Positions 11,866-22,900 are shown, numbered from the stretch's first letter. The stretch: DNA of 64,000 bases from Nitrospinales bacterium (GCA_965262115.1 OZ253496.1:1632001-1696000); one strand, 5' to 3'. Made by a program: numbers and translations. Notes: generated by a model not told the origin, from the letters alone.

Positions 11866-11931
11866 TTAAGGCGGGGGGGGGGCTGGAATTATCTATTTGA
11901 AAATAAAGGAGCAATTCGATACAATCCGGGC

Positions 11932-13593
11932 ATGGGTATCGAAAAAGATTTCATTGTAATTGGTTCTGGTGTGGCGGGGCTGACCTTTGCGCTCAAGGTC
12001 TGCAAGTTCGGTTCGGTGGGAATCGTTACCAAGGACGCTTTGGAGGAGTCGGCGACCAAATATGCCCAGGGCGGTATCGCCTCGGTGATGGCCGGGGACG
12101 ATTCGTTCGAGTTGCATGTTCAGGACACGGTGGAAACCGGGCGCGGACTCTGCCACGAAGACTTCGTGCGCATCGCCTGCCGCGAGGGTCCGGCACGAGT
12201 GCGTGAGTTGATCGACCTCGGCGCCCAGTTCGACCGCGTGGGCGGTGCCGAGTTTGATCTGGGAAAAGAAGGCGGACACTCCAAACGTCGCATTCTGCAT
12301 GCGAATGACCTGACGGGCTGGGAGATTGAACGCACCCTCATCAAAGCGGTTCACGCTCATGACAATATAGAAATATTTGAACACCATATGGCTATCGACC
12401 TCATCACCCGGGCTAGGCTCGAGGAGAAAATTCAGCCGGGTAGCGACCAGGACGAGGTGTTGGGACTTTATGTCCTGAACCACCCGACGCAAAAGGTCGA
12501 GACGATGGTGGGCCGGGTCATTCTCATGGCCACCGGCGGCGCGGGCAAGGTTTATCTTTATACATCGAATCCGGACACGGCTACCGGTGATGGTGTTGCG
12601 GTGGCTTATCGGGCCGGAGCGCAAATCGCCAATATGGAATTTTTCCAGTTCCATCCGACCTGCCTGTTTCACCCGAAAGCGAAATCGTTTCTCATTTCGG
12701 AGACGGTGCGGGGCGAGGGCGGAATCCTGCGTTTGCAAAACGGCGACACGTTCATGGAGAATTACCATTCTTTGGGTTGCCTGGCTCCCCGTGATGTGGT
12801 GGCGCGGGCCATCGACTACGAAATGAAAATGAACGGCGACGACTACGTCCTTCTCGATGCGACGCATCTTGAGGGTTATCGCATTCGTGAGCGCTTCCCA
12901 AATATTTATAAAACCTGTCTGGAATTCGGATTTGATATGTCGCAGGAGCCTGTTCCCGTTGTGCCGGCGGCGCATTATATGTGTGGTGGACTGGTGGTGG
13001 ATGTCAACGGTCAGACCAATATTAAAAGGCTTTTTGCCAGCGGGGAGGTGTGTTTCTCCGGTTTGCATGGCGCCAATCGGCTGGCCTCCAACTCCCTGCT
13101 GGAAGGACTGGTGCTCTCGCACCGTGCAGTGGAAAAAGCGGTGAAGTTGTTTAAGGAAACCAAAAATTCTAAAAGCCCGTTGGAGCGGATTCCTGAATGG
13201 GACCCCGGAAGCGCGGTGGACAGTGACGAGTCGGTCGTTGTATCACACAACTGGGACGAAATCCGCCGGTTGATGTGGAACTATGTTGGCATTGTTCGTT
13301 CCGACAAGCGTCTAAAACGGGCTGAGCGCCGCATTCAACTTCTGCTGGAGGAGATTCAGGAATATTACTGGAAATTTAAAATTACCAAGGACACCCTGGA
13401 ACTGAGAAACATCGCTATCACGGCGCGGTTGATCATTCAGGGGGCGATGACCCGAAAAGAAAGCCGGGGTTTGCACTATAACCTCGACTACCCGGAACCC
13501 GATGACGCGAACTGGAAACAGGACACGGTTTTCCAGAGTACGGTTCATCGATTGATAACCAAAACCAACCCGAGAATTGTGACCCATGAGTGA
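11932..13593 (+). CDS. nadB: L-aspartate oxidase
   Basis: GSGVAG, AQGGIA, QFHPT, GLHGANRLASNSLLEG, ESRGLH. Confidence 0.97.
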   Translation: MGIEKDFIVIGSGVAGLTFALKVCKFGSVGIVTKDALEESATKYAQGGIASVMAGDDSFELHVQDTVETGRGLCHEDFVRIACREGPARVRELIDLGAQFDRVGGAEFDLGKEGGHSKRRILHANDLTGWEIERTLIKAVHAHDNIEIFEHHMAIDLITRARLEEKIQPGSDQDEVLGLYVLNHPTQKVETMVGRVILMATGGAGKVYLYTSNPDTATGDGVAVAYRAGAQIANMEFFQFHPTCLFHPKAKSFLISETVRGEGGILRLQNGDTFMENYHSLGCLAPRDVVARAIDYEMKMNGDDYVLLDATHLEGYRIRERFPNIYKTCLEFGFDMSQEPVPVVPAAHYMCGGLVVDVNGQTNIKRLFASGEVCFSGLHGANRLASNSLLEGLVLSHRAVEKAVKLFKETKNSKSPLERIPEWDPGSAVDSDESVVVSHNWDEIRRLMWNYVGIVRSDKRLKRAERRIQLLLEEIQEYYWKFKITKDTLELRNIAITARLIIQGAMTRKESRGLHYNLDYPEPDDANWKQDTVFQSTVHRLITKTNPRIVTHE

Positions 13594-15916
13594 AGAAAAA
13601 ACAGTACATATACTAATCCGAGATTTTTTTGGTGTGATTGCGCTCGCCTTCACTGTATTTAGCTTGATGGCGTTGACGACTTTTTCCCCCGATGACCCGT
13701 CTTTCAATAAAAGCATTACCGGGGTGAACGTGGCAAACTCTGCCGGCAGGGTCGGAGCTTATTTTTCCGATGGACTGGTCCGCGTCTTTGGCAGTGGTTC
13801 ATTTTTCTTTCCGGTGATCACGGCGCTTTTAGGTTGGGCTTTGATTCGGGGAAAAGATTTTCACAACTGGGTGTTGATTTTAAGTTCGGGGGTTTTATTT
13901 TTGATCGGACTATGTTCTCTGCTCGCGATCCAGTTCGAGGTCGATCCGTTTTTTGGTTCAGCGGTTCCGGTCGGCGGTTTGGTCGGCCATGGCCTTGGTG
14001 GATTTCTGATGACATGGTTGAATGCTTCAGGAGCAGTGCTGACCTTGATCACTTTATTGTTCGTGGCCTTTCTGGTGATGACGCGCATTCCGGTCAACGC
14101 TCTGGTGGAGTGGATCGGAAAAATATTCCAAGCCCTGGCTGCAGTGTCAATATTGGGGGCGAATGCAATAAAAAATATGACTTTGAAAAGCTTGTTGGCC
14201 ACCCGGACTTTGATGGAAAAATTTCAAACGGTGCGAGAGGGGATGCAAAAAATTAATAAAGCGGCGCCGGTGATCGTCACCCGTACCCGGCCTGAACCGG
14301 TGGTGAAGATTGTAGAGAAGACAAAGAAAACCAGGGAAGAAAAAGTCGAGTTTGTTGTTCAGGATCATTTTGCTTTCATGAGTTCATCTGGTAAATATCA
14401 GGTTCCTCCACTTTCCTTGTTGGAAGACCCTCCACCGGATAAAGATGTTCGGGCGGATAAAACCCGCGACGAGATTCTTGCCAGCAGTGCCATTCTGGAA
14501 AAAAAGTTGTCCGACTTTGGCATTGAGGGGCGGGTGGTTCAGGTTCTGCCGGGTCCGGTCATCACTTTGTTTGAGTATGAGCCGGCGCCGGGGGTCAAGG
14601 TCAGCCGCATCGTATCTCTGGCGGACGACCTGTCGTTGGCTATGCGTTGTGTAGGGCTCCGCATTCTGGCTCCTGTACCGGGCAAGCCGGTGGTGGGCAT
14701 TGAGATTCCCAACCTGCGGCGCGAGACCATTTATTTTAAAGATGTCATGACATCAGATGTGTTTCAGGAGTCGGAATCCAACCTCACTCTGGCGATTGGC
14801 AAAGATGTTACCGGCGAACCGGCGGTGCAGGATCTGGCGACCACGCCGCATTTACTCATGGCGGGTTCGACCGGGTCGGGTAAAAGTGTCGGGCTCAACG
14901 CCATGATCTGCAGCATCCTTTTGAATGCCACGCCAGATGAAGTCAAAATGATCATGATTGATCCGAAGATGCTGGAGTTGTCTATCTATGATGGTATTCC
15001 GCATCTTATTTCCCCAGTGGTCACCAATCCTAAAAAAGCTGCCGCCGCACTGCAGTGGGCGGTCAACGAAATGGAATCGCGTTACAAAATGATGGCCGAG
15101 TGCGGAGTGCGCAATATCGGCGGCTTCAACGAGCTTGCGGAGAAACTGCAAAAGGAATATGAACTGGAACTGAAAAAACGCGAAAAAGCCAATAAAGGGT
15201 TCAAGCCTACAAATGATGAGGGCGAGGAAGAAGAGGAGATAATGCCGGAACCGCCCACGAAACTCCCCTGCATTGTTGTGCTGATCGATGAGTTGGCTGA
15301 CCTCATGATGGTTGCATCCAAAGGGGTGGAAGACTCGTTGACCCGGCTGGCGCAGATGGCACGGGCCGCCGGCATTCATCTGATCGTGGCCACGCAACGA
15401 CCTTCAGTGGATGTCTTGACGGGAATCATCAAGGCTAATTTCCCCGCACGTATGTCTTATAAAGTCACCTCTCGGGTGGACTCCAGAACCATTCTGGATG
15501 CTATGGGTGCCGACAAACTTCTCGGTAAAGGCGATATGCTGTTTCTGCCTCCTGGGACTTCCAAACTTCACCGATTACATGGGGTAATGGTCAGCGATGC
15601 GGAAATTCAACGCATTGTGGACTTTATCAAGAAGCAGGCGAAACCGCATTATCAGGAAGATATTTTCGAGTCGGTGGTTCAGGAAGAGAAGGGCGGAGGA
15701 GAAGAGGAAGAACCGTTTGACGAAAAATATGATGAAGCTCTCGCCATTGTTGCGAAAGACCGGCAGGCTTCCATTTCTTACATACAGCGGCGATTAAGAA
15801 TAGGCTATAATCGGGCAGCTCGAATCATTGAAACCATGGAGAGAGAAGGGGTGGTGGGCCCATCTGATGGAGTTAAACCCCGCGAAGTCTATGTCAGCCC
15901 GATCAAAATTGAATAG
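13586..15916 (+). CDS. ftsK: DNA translocase FtsK
   Basis: 4TM N-terminus, AGSTGSGKS Walker A, gamma domain 'RIGYNRAARII'. Confidence 0.97.
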   Translation: MSEEKTVHILIRDFFGVIALAFTVFSLMALTTFSPDDPSFNKSITGVNVANSAGRVGAYFSDGLVRVFGSGSFFFPVITALLGWALIRGKDFHNWVLILSSGVLFLIGLCSLLAIQFEVDPFFGSAVPVGGLVGHGLGGFLMTWLNASGAVLTLITLLFVAFLVMTRIPVNALVEWIGKIFQALAAVSILGANAIKNMTLKSLLATRTLMEKFQTVREGMQKINKAAPVIVTRTRPEPVVKIVEKTKKTREEKVEFVVQDHFAFMSSSGKYQVPPLSLLEDPPPDKDVRADKTRDEILASSAILEKKLSDFGIEGRVVQVLPGPVITLFEYEPAPGVKVSRIVSLADDLSLAMRCVGLRILAPVPGKPVVGIEIPNLRRETIYFKDVMTSDVFQESESNLTLAIGKDVTGEPAVQDLATTPHLLMAGSTGSGKSVGLNAMICSILLNATPDEVKMIMIDPKMLELSIYDGIPHLISPVVTNPKKAAAALQWAVNEMESRYKMMAECGVRNIGGFNELAEKLQKEYELELKKREKANKGFKPTNDEGEEEEEIMPEPPTKLPCIVVLIDELADLMMVASKGVEDSLTRLAQMARAAGIHLIVATQRPSVDVLTGIIKANFPARMSYKVTSRVDSRTILDAMGADKLLGKGDMLFLPPGTSKLHRLHGVMVSDAEIQRIVDFIKKQAKPHYQEDIFESVVQEEKGGGEEEEPFDEKYDEALAIVAKDRQASISYIQRRLRIGYNRAARIIETMEREGVVGPSDGVKPREVYVSPIKIE

Positions 15917-15932
15917 GGTTTTCGGAAAGAAT

Positions 15933-16802
15933 TTGGTTATCCTGCTGGTGCTGTTTCTTTTGGTTACTTTTTGCGCAACGCAGGTCAGTTTTGCGGGGAT
16001 TTACTCCTACCGGGACGACAAGGGCAAAACCCATTTTGTCGATAGCCTCTCCAAGATTCCCAAAAAGTATCGCAAAAAAGAAAAAGGGGTTCGCAAGCTT
16101 CCTGATGCGCGGAAAGTGGCTCCCCAGACTTCTTCCGCTTCAGGACATCATATGGAACTTCCGGGAGCGGTTACATCAAATGAAGAAATCCAGGTTCCCC
16201 TTATTCCCACTGGTAGTGGGAATTTTCTCGTCGATATCGTTATCAATGGAAATATCGATGCGCGGTTAATGCTCGATACCGGTGCCTCCTTCATCACCCT
16301 TACTGAAGATATTGGTGCTAAATTGGGGATCACGCCTTACTCCGACAATGCCGAGATGCCTTTCAACACTGCGGGCGGAGTAAATTGGATGCCGCTGGTG
16401 GCGCTGGAAACGGTTACGATGGGCGGCGCCAAAGCCCGGTGGGTTGAAGCGTCTATCAACAGCCATATCAAGGATATTGATGGACTGTTGGGAATGAGCT
16501 TTCTTGGGGACTTACGCTTTGCAATCGACCGCGTCAACGAACGTCTCACTTTAAAACCTTTGCAGGGTCCTGACGAACTGACGTGGGATGACAAGCCGGG
16601 GAACTGGTGGAAAAGCCGGTTCGATCATTATAAAAAGTCCCTGCTGAGTTTTTTTGCCCAGGCAAGAACCTACAAGCGCAAGGGACATGAAAAGGCAGGG
16701 AGCCTGGAGAAGGCTGCAGATTTTTATAAGGACCTGAAGAAGAAACTTTTATTCAGGGCTTCCACTTCCGGCCTGCCAAACCGTTTTCGGCCGTCGTCAT
16801 AA
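15933..16802 (+). CDS. DUF4124 + retropepsin-like aspartyl protease (start approximate)
   Basis: IYSYRDDKGKTHFVD; MLDTGAS; DGLLGMSFL. Confidence 0.85.
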   Translation: MVILLVLFLLVTFCATQVSFAGIYSYRDDKGKTHFVDSLSKIPKKYRKKEKGVRKLPDARKVAPQTSSASGHHMELPGAVTSNEEIQVPLIPTGSGNFLVDIVINGNIDARLMLDTGASFITLTEDIGAKLGITPYSDNAEMPFNTAGGVNWMPLVALETVTMGGAKARWVEASINSHIKDIDGLLGMSFLGDLRFAIDRVNERLTLKPLQGPDELTWDDKPGNWWKSRFDHYKKSLLSFFAQARTYKRKGHEKAGSLEKAADFYKDLKKKLLFRASTSGLPNRFRPSS

Positions 16803-16812
16803 TTGGTGAGCC

Positions 16813-17586
16813 ATGCAAGGTTCCACTGCCGCTGACCAGGACGATTTTCTCTTTATCCTGTTAGGGGCCAGCAACCTGGCGCGGGGCTACTCTGCCCTGA
16901 CCCGAAAAATTTCCCAAAATATTTCACGAGTCGAGTTTGTCAACGCGATGGGACCAGGCCGAGGTTATTGCGCCCGAGGAGGATTGTTTAATTTCACCTA
17001 TTCTCCCATTGGTGAATGCCGGGTCATGGAATCTGCCAAAGCTTATGCGGAACGTGGTTCTCGAATAGCGGTACTATTGACCGATATCGGCAATGACATC
17101 ATGTATGGAGTGCCCGACCCATCTCTCATTAAATGCCTGGACAGACTGATCGAAAAATCCCTGCAATGGAACGCCGAGGTCTTTGTGACTTCCATTCATG
17201 TGGATGTGTCCAAAGATATAGGAAAGGCCTCCTTCAAATTATTGAAGGCCATCTTTTATCCAAAAAGTCCGGTGACTTTTGAGCAGGCCGATGCGGCGGT
17301 AAAAAAGGTAAATCATTACCTTGAAGAAAAATCACGGCAGAACGAGCGGGTTCATTGTGTGAGTGGACTGGGCGCATTCTGCGGCATGGATAAAATCCAC
17401 TACAGCCTGCAAAAAAGTCATCTTGCCTGGTCGCGTATTGCCGATGCAATGCTTTCGGCGCTGGGTGTGGCCTCCGCTGGGAATGTTGGTCCGGGTTCCG
17501 TGATAGTTTCTCTTTTCCAGGGCCTGAACCACCTGATAGCTTCTGATATGCTGAGGATCAGAAAAAAGCCAAAAGGGTTTTTCTAG
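16813..17586 (+). CDS. SGNH/GDSL-like hypothetical protein
   Basis: LGASNL, DIGND, DKIH motifs. Confidence 0.6.
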   Translation: MQGSTAADQDDFLFILLGASNLARGYSALTRKISQNISRVEFVNAMGPGRGYCARGGLFNFTYSPIGECRVMESAKAYAERGSRIAVLLTDIGNDIMYGVPDPSLIKCLDRLIEKSLQWNAEVFVTSIHVDVSKDIGKASFKLLKAIFYPKSPVTFEQADAAVKKVNHYLEEKSRQNERVHCVSGLGAFCGMDKIHYSLQKSHLAWSRIADAMLSALGVASAGNVGPGSVIVSLFQGLNHLIASDMLRIRKKPKGFF

Positions 17587-17624
17587 AAATTTTTATTGGC
17601 ATTTCAGGATGCCGGGGATCTTTT

Positions 17625-18365
17625 ATGGGACATTGTCTTGCCATTATCCGGATAGGGGCGTACATCGTTGTGTTTGTTGTGTTCGTGATGATCGGTGTGT
17701 TCGGGCATGTTTTGTTTTTCATGTCACCACCACGACTTTTAAGATGGATCGTTTTCTTCGAGCAATGGTGGGCCCGCGTGACTTGCAGGGTCTTCAATAT
17801 TCATGTGCGGATTGAAGGAAACGCAAAGATAAAACCGGGATCGCTGATTGTCGCCAACCATGTCGGCTCGCCGGATATTTTTGTTTTGAGCGCATGCTTT
17901 AAAGGGTTCTTTGTTTCCAAAGCCGAGATCGCCGATTGGCCCCTGTTCAGCTGGCTGGCCCGATTGGGGATGACCATTTTTGCAGACCGGAGCAAACGCC
18001 ATCAGGTGAAAGCTGTCATCGGGGAAATTGAGGCACGATTAAAAAGCGGGCATTCCGTGATTCTGTTTCCCGAAGCCCGGGCGACCGATGGAACCGATGT
18101 GGTGCCCTTCAAGTCGGCGGTCTTCGAGGCAGCGGTTCTTGCTGGCCGACCTGTTGTGCCTGTAGAGATTCACTATCATGACGGCCATCAGCCAACGATT
18201 GCCTATTATGGAGATAGTTTCATCAGCCATATTATGACATTGTTAAAAACACCCAGGCTTTCAGTGACGGTAACGGTGCTGCCGGAAATTTCAGCGGGCG
18301 CAGATCGGCAAACCCTGGCGGCAAAAAGTTATCGGGCCATTCGCGATCAACACATCCACCCCTAG
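17625..18365 (+). CDS. Lysophospholipid acyltransferase (PlsC family)
   Basis: NHxxxxD and LFPE motifs. Confidence 0.9.
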   Translation: MGHCLAIIRIGAYIVVFVVFVMIGVFGHVLFFMSPPRLLRWIVFFEQWWARVTCRVFNIHVRIEGNAKIKPGSLIVANHVGSPDIFVLSACFKGFFVSKAEIADWPLFSWLARLGMTIFADRSKRHQVKAVIGEIEARLKSGHSVILFPEARATDGTDVVPFKSAVFEAAVLAGRPVVPVEIHYHDGHQPTIAYYGDSFISHIMTLLKTPRLSVTVTVLPEISAGADRQTLAAKSYRAIRDQHIHP

Positions 18366-18390
18366 CCGCCGGGCAACGCCCGGTGGTAAG

Positions 18391-18570
18391 GAGAGCTTTG
18401 CATAAGTCGAAAAATCGAAGAATCGAGATGCTTCGACATACCCCTCCGGGGCAAGAAAGCTAATGAAGGGATAACACAAGGGCAGTAGCCGTGATATTTT
18501 TCCTCAGTTTTTACCCGTTCCGGGCATGAAGACAAATGAAGAGGACATCACACGTGCCCCGCAAGGGTTA
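18391..18570. repeat. MITE end plus nested 40-41-bp units
   Basis: GAGAGCTTTGCATAA end; units at 18439, 18490 (outer) and 18512 (inner). Confidence 0.75.
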
Positions 18571-18663
18571 AATAGCATATTGCGCCGAGATGCCGATTGA
18601 AGGTAAGATTAAGCCATTGCCATTTACCCGTGGAGGAACTCCACTTTTTGTAAAGGATTCAAC

Positions 18664-19170
18664 ATGATTCATCCTTTTAAAGGTCGGAAACCGGAGATTG
18701 ACGATTCTTCCCTGGTGGTAGAAAGCGCACAGGTCATCGGTGATGTGAAGATTGGCGAAGAGAGCAGTGTGTGGTTCAACGCGGTGATTCGCGGGGATGT
18801 CCATCACATCCGCATCGGCAAGCGCACTAATATTCAGGATGGTTGTGTCCTGCATGTGGCGCGCAAAACCCTGCCGCTGATTGTCGGCGATGAAGTGACG
18901 GTGGGCCATAACGTCACCCTGCACGCCTGTACCATTGGTTCGCAATGTCTAATCGGTATGGGAGCGATTGTTATGGATGGCGCGGAAGTGGGGGGACAGT
19001 CCATCGTTGGTGCCGGTTCCCTGGTGACCCCGAACACGAAGATTCCGCCGAAGAGCCTGGTGCTGGGTACGCCGGCGAAAGTAAAACGGGAACTGACTGA
19101 AGAAGAAATTCGCGGTATCCGCGAATCGGCCGCCAATTATGTCGGCGATATTGAAACTTACCTCGATTAA
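18664..19170 (+). CDS. Gamma carbonic anhydrase family protein
   Basis: SVWFNAVIRGD, TNIQDG, VGH..LH hexapeptide repeats. Confidence 0.95.
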   Translation: MIHPFKGRKPEIDDSSLVVESAQVIGDVKIGEESSVWFNAVIRGDVHHIRIGKRTNIQDGCVLHVARKTLPLIVGDEVTVGHNVTLHACTIGSQCLIGMGAIVMDGAEVGGQSIVGAGSLVTPNTKIPPKSLVLGTPAKVKRELTEEEIRGIRESAANYVGDIETYLD

Positions 19171-19175
19171 GACGG

Positions 19176-20069
19176 ATGACTGAATCTGCCCCGTTCAAGG
19201 TTCCCATTGCGGTGCTGGGCGGTAGTGGGGCCTATCATCTTCTCACTGGGCAGGTCCTTGGTCAGGAAAAAGACTGTCAAGTTCTTCAAACCCCTTATGG
19301 CGAAAGCGCACCGATTCATCACTTCAGTTCTAAAAGCCGGGACTTTTTATTTTTATCCCGCCACGGTGAAACCGATTATTCCATCACCGCTCCTTTTGTC
19401 AATTACCGCGCCAACATTCACGCCTTGAAAAAATGCGGGGTCGAGAGGGTCATTTCCTGGTCCGGTCCGGGAATCATCAACACCACCTTCAAGCCGGGAG
19501 ATTTTGTGGTTCCGCATGATATCATCGATGAAACGCGCAACCGCGAGACCACGTTTTTTAAGAATACGGGAATCGGGTTCATCCGCATGAACCAACCCTT
19601 CTGTCCGCAGATCGCCAGCGCCCTGCACGACACCCTGCACTCGAGCGGACTACCCCATCATGAACAGGCGGTCTATGCCTGCACCGAAGGGCCGCGTCTG
19701 GAAACCCCGGCGGAGATCCGCAAACTGCGCCTGTCGGGCGCCGACCTGGTGGGCATGACCCTTGCCCCGGAAGCCTTCCTGGCTCGGGAAATGGAAATGT
19801 GCTACACGCCGTTCTGCTACCTGACCAATTATGCCGAGGGGGTAAAGCCTGGAGAATTTAAAAAGGGGGAATTGTTTGAAGGCATGCAGACGGAAGAAGA
19901 ACGAAAGCAGGTCGATGCAGCAATACAAAAATTTCCTCAACTGATCGGCGCAGTGTTTGAAAATTTGGATGGCGTCCCACGTACCTGCGATTGCCCGGAA
20001 GCAATGCGTCGCTACAAAGACAAAGGCCTGCTCGGCGCAGGGCCAATGGGCCAAGACCCGAAAAGCTGA
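19176..20069 (+). CDS. MTAP-family purine nucleoside phosphorylase
   Basis: GGSG, SRHG, EGPRLETPAE, VGMT. Confidence 0.9.
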   Translation: MTESAPFKVPIAVLGGSGAYHLLTGQVLGQEKDCQVLQTPYGESAPIHHFSSKSRDFLFLSRHGETDYSITAPFVNYRANIHALKKCGVERVISWSGPGIINTTFKPGDFVVPHDIIDETRNRETTFFKNTGIGFIRMNQPFCPQIASALHDTLHSSGLPHHEQAVYACTEGPRLETPAEIRKLRLSGADLVGMTLAPEAFLAREMEMCYTPFCYLTNYAEGVKPGEFKKGELFEGMQTEEERKQVDAAIQKFPQLIGAVFENLDGVPRTCDCPEAMRRYKDKGLLGAGPMGQDPKS

Positions 20070-20164
20070 TGAAAAAACGTTTGCTCGCCACTCACTCCCG
20101 TGGGAGGAAATATAGCAAGGCTTGATTAGGCCGAGATAACTCTTTGCCAGTGGATAGAGCCATT

Positions 20165-20378
20165 TACCCCTTCTGGGCACGTGTAATATTTCTTCATTTG
20201 CCTTCATACCCCGAAAGAGTAATCTCGGGTCATACAAAGCTCTCCTTTGTGGGAGGGGAAGCATTATTGAATCTAGTTCCTCCCCTCTCATGAGGGGAGG
20301 CAAGGCGTAGCCGCGGAGGGGTGTGGATTTTTCTGATGAAATTCCTGTTTCCGCATTTTCGACTTATGCAAAGGTCTC
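20165..20378. repeat. Cluster of 41-bp unit, MITE ends and palindromes
   Basis: Unit at 20181-20221; MITE ends at ~20244 and 20378. Confidence 0.7.
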
Positions 20379-20524
20379 TACGGCTAGTAGCCGTGACCGG
20401 CGAGCCGCCGGTGGCTGTTAGATGCCTCCTTAGCCTCGTGTATCACCAGGGGGATGAGCAATTATTTTTTAAGCCGAGATAACCGGTTGAATGCTCAATA
20501 ATGTTATTGCAGTCGCCTCCCTCG

Positions 20525-20815
20525 TCAGAGGGGCCAGGCTTCGAATCCACCGGTCATGCTGTAGACCTCTTTGAATCCATTTTGTGAGAGGTATTCGGCG
20601 GCACTGCGGCTGGAGATGCCGTGGTAGCAGCAAACAATCAGAGGTTTTTCCTTGTCCGCCGATTCGATGTACTCTTTAACATTTCCATCGTTCAGAGAAA
20701 CGGCGTTGGGGATGTGACCGGCGGAGTAAGACCCTGGATCGCGGATATCGACCACATTCGCAGAATCTTCTTCAACCATTGCCTGTGCTTTGTGAGGATC
20801 CAGTTCCTTAAACAT
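20525..20815 (-). CDS. glpE: Thiosulfate sulfurtransferase (single-domain rhodanese)
   Basis: VDIRD..SY..GHIP, CYHGISS, GGFEAW. Confidence 0.9.
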   Translation of the reverse strand: MFKELDPHKAQAMVEEDSANVVDIRDPGSYSAGHIPNAVSLNDGNVKEYIESADKEKPLIVCCYHGISSRSAAEYLSQNGFKEVYSMTGGFEAWPL

Positions 20816-20907
20816 GGTTTGCAATCCTTTATTAAGGTTCGGACATCTATATATAGGATGACCAATATACATATAAGATGACCAACCCGAAAAAAAGTTC
20901 CAATTAA

Positions 20908-21600
20908 ATGCCACTCTCTGAACTGGAAAAATCTTTTAATAGCGCCAAAGAAAATGCTTCACCGGTTGAGACGGTGGCGGCGATCATTCCATTGGCCGAT
21001 GCTTACCAGCAGGTTCGAAAATATGATTCGGCAGTGCGTTGCTTGCGGGAAGCGTTATCCGTAATTCGGGAAAAAGGAGAGGCCGGTCAGGAGGCGGTGG
21101 TTTTGACTGCGCTCGGCACCGCTTTCTGGGAAAAGGCGCAGCTGCAAAAAGCTTTGGACCAGTTCAGTCCGGCTCTGGACCTGTTTAAACAGTCCGGTGA
21201 CAAGACGGCGGAACGAGTCATTCTGGCGATGGTGGGCATTACTTTCTGGCGCAAATGCGAATGGCAAAGAGCGCTGGAAATCCTGGCCGATGTTTTTTGC
21301 GAGGCGGATAAACTGATCGTTGATGACAGGTTCATGTCGGTGCAAGGAGCGTTGGAGAGAGGCGTTGCTACTTTGCAGAACCGGGTGCGCATGGGGCGCG
21401 AGCTTCAAGACCCTTTAAAAATTTTGCAGCCGTTGTTTTCTGGTTGCGTTTTGTATCGAGTTTTGGGAAACCGCGAGCAGTTTGAACTTTGTCTGGATGA
21501 AGCGGTGACTTTGGCGGAATCGTTAAATAAAACCGACATTCTCGATGCCGCCCGGATTATTAGGCAGCTCGGCGCAGGGCCAGCAAGTCAAGGCCCATAG
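20908..21600 (+). CDS. TPR protein
   Basis: TPR-like helical repeats. Confidence 0.7.
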   Translation: MPLSELEKSFNSAKENASPVETVAAIIPLADAYQQVRKYDSAVRCLREALSVIREKGEAGQEAVVLTALGTAFWEKAQLQKALDQFSPALDLFKQSGDKTAERVILAMVGITFWRKCEWQRALEILADVFCEADKLIVDDRFMSVQGALERGVATLQNRVRMGRELQDPLKILQPLFSGCVLYRVLGNREQFELCLDEAVTLAESLNKTDILDAARIIRQLGAGPASQGP

Positions 21601-21670
21601 TGTCCTAAGAAAAAATTTTCTTGCCGGAGAAATTATTTTTCGTTGCCCCTACTGCCTATTGAGCCCAGCG

Positions 21671-22633
21671 TCATACTGGCTGGGCGTGACCCGGTTTAAG
21701 CCAGGTCAATTCGTTTTTGTTGTGGAACAGGTGCAGAACCCGGCTATCAGGAATGGCGGCAAATTTGTCCGCGATGGCAAGGTCGGGTTCGCCTTTGAAC
21801 TTGATCGTGCAGATGAAGTTTTTGCAGATGCCCGATTCCATCCATTTTAGAATCCATTCATAAAGTTTGTCCGGGTAACAGATCACATCCGAGAACAGCC
21901 AGTCGATGGGCCGTTCCTCAAACTCCTCCGGCACCAGCGTGAACGCATCGCGTTTCTGAAACGAGACGCCTTTTAATTCGGCAACCGATTGAGATAAGGG
22001 TGATCGGTCGATGCTCAAAACCTCTGCTCCGCATTGTTGAATCACCCAGGCCCAGCCCCCCGGACTGCCCCCAACATCTATACAGAACTCGCCAGGTTGC
22101 GGTGTCATGCCGGTGAGAGTGAGAGCTTCATAAAGTTTTAAATAAGCGCGGTTGGGCGGCCCCTTTTTGTCTTCGACAAAATGCGCTTCGCCGTTCGGGA
22201 ATGGACTGGAACACTCTGCTGATGCGAGCAGGGTGTTTTCATCCAGCAGGGTGAAGGTCCCTGGCGGGACTTGCGGTAAAGAAGCAGGAAAACTCAGGGG
22301 TTTAGAATTCACCGACGGCAGTTTTTCCAGAATCAGTTTGGCGCGGCGGTGCAGGGTGTGCGAATAGAGGCACCAGTTGCGTTGCAGGGATTTTAGTTTG
22401 TTGGCGGCGTCGTTGATCGAGTCGATTTCAAGGACGACAGGATTTTCCCAGATATTCTGCGCCCAGTGCGCCTTCCTGGCAGGTTGAGAGGAAAGCACCA
22501 GTTGGCCGTGCACCGCAACTGCTCCATTAAGTTCTTTCAATAGAGGTTCGGTGAACCCCTCCGCCGCAAGATAAGCCGATTTTATTTCGGAGGTCATTGA
22601 CGGGATCATACCGGTTGGCATGGATCGGCTCAA
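21671..22633 (-). CDS. RlmM/FtsJ-like SAM-dependent RNA methyltransferase
   Basis: PNRAYLKL, DVGGSPGGW, SDVIC, HNKNE. Confidence 0.8.
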   Translation of the reverse strand: MSRSMPTGMIPSMTSEIKSAYLAAEGFTEPLLKELNGAVAVHGQLVLSSQPARKAHWAQNIWENPVVLEIDSINDAANKLKSLQRNWCLYSHTLHRRAKLILEKLPSVNSKPLSFPASLPQVPPGTFTLLDENTLLASAECSSPFPNGEAHFVEDKKGPPNRAYLKLYEALTLTGMTPQPGEFCIDVGGSPGGWAWVIQQCGAEVLSIDRSPLSQSVAELKGVSFQKRDAFTLVPEEFEERPIDWLFSDVICYPDKLYEWILKWMESGICKNFICTIKFKGEPDLAIADKFAAIPDSRVLHLFHNKNELTWLKPGHAQPV

Positions 22634-22647
22634 GCGTTAAAGCGTAA

Positions 22648-22900
22648 AGCCGGGATTACCCCTTCTACCCGTTCCGGGCATGAAGTTTAAGGAAGAGGAC
22701 ATCACATACCCGTGCCGGGCATGAAGACTAATGTTGGGGATATTACAAACATCACGTCTTCGTCACCTTGTTCCTCAGAATGACAAAATAGCCTTTTATT
22801 GTCATGCTGAGCTAGTGATATTTGACCTTTGAATTCTTGCCCCGTAGGGGTATCTCGAAGCATCTCGCTTTTCTGTTTTTTTAAGCTTACGCAAAGGTTT
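22648..22900. mobile_element. Composite MITE with tandem 41-bp units
   Basis: Units at 22666-22706, 22707-22747 and 22814-22852; degenerate TTACGCAAAGG end. Confidence 0.8.

Noticed and set aside
11517..11900. ORFs with recurring 'GQEFKGQISLAQHDNK' peptide (also 22702-22986)
   Set aside because: These are translations of the MITE sequence, not supported as genes.
11893..13122. 409-aa antisense ORF and similar shadow ORFs (e.g. 63086-63823)
   Set aside because: Opposite-strand shadows of nadB, clpC and others, with no motifs of their own.
22666..22747. Tandem 41-bp units as a mini-CRISPR or integron cassette array
   Set aside because: The variable parts are homologous to each other, units occur nested and in both orientations, and there is no cas or intI gene.
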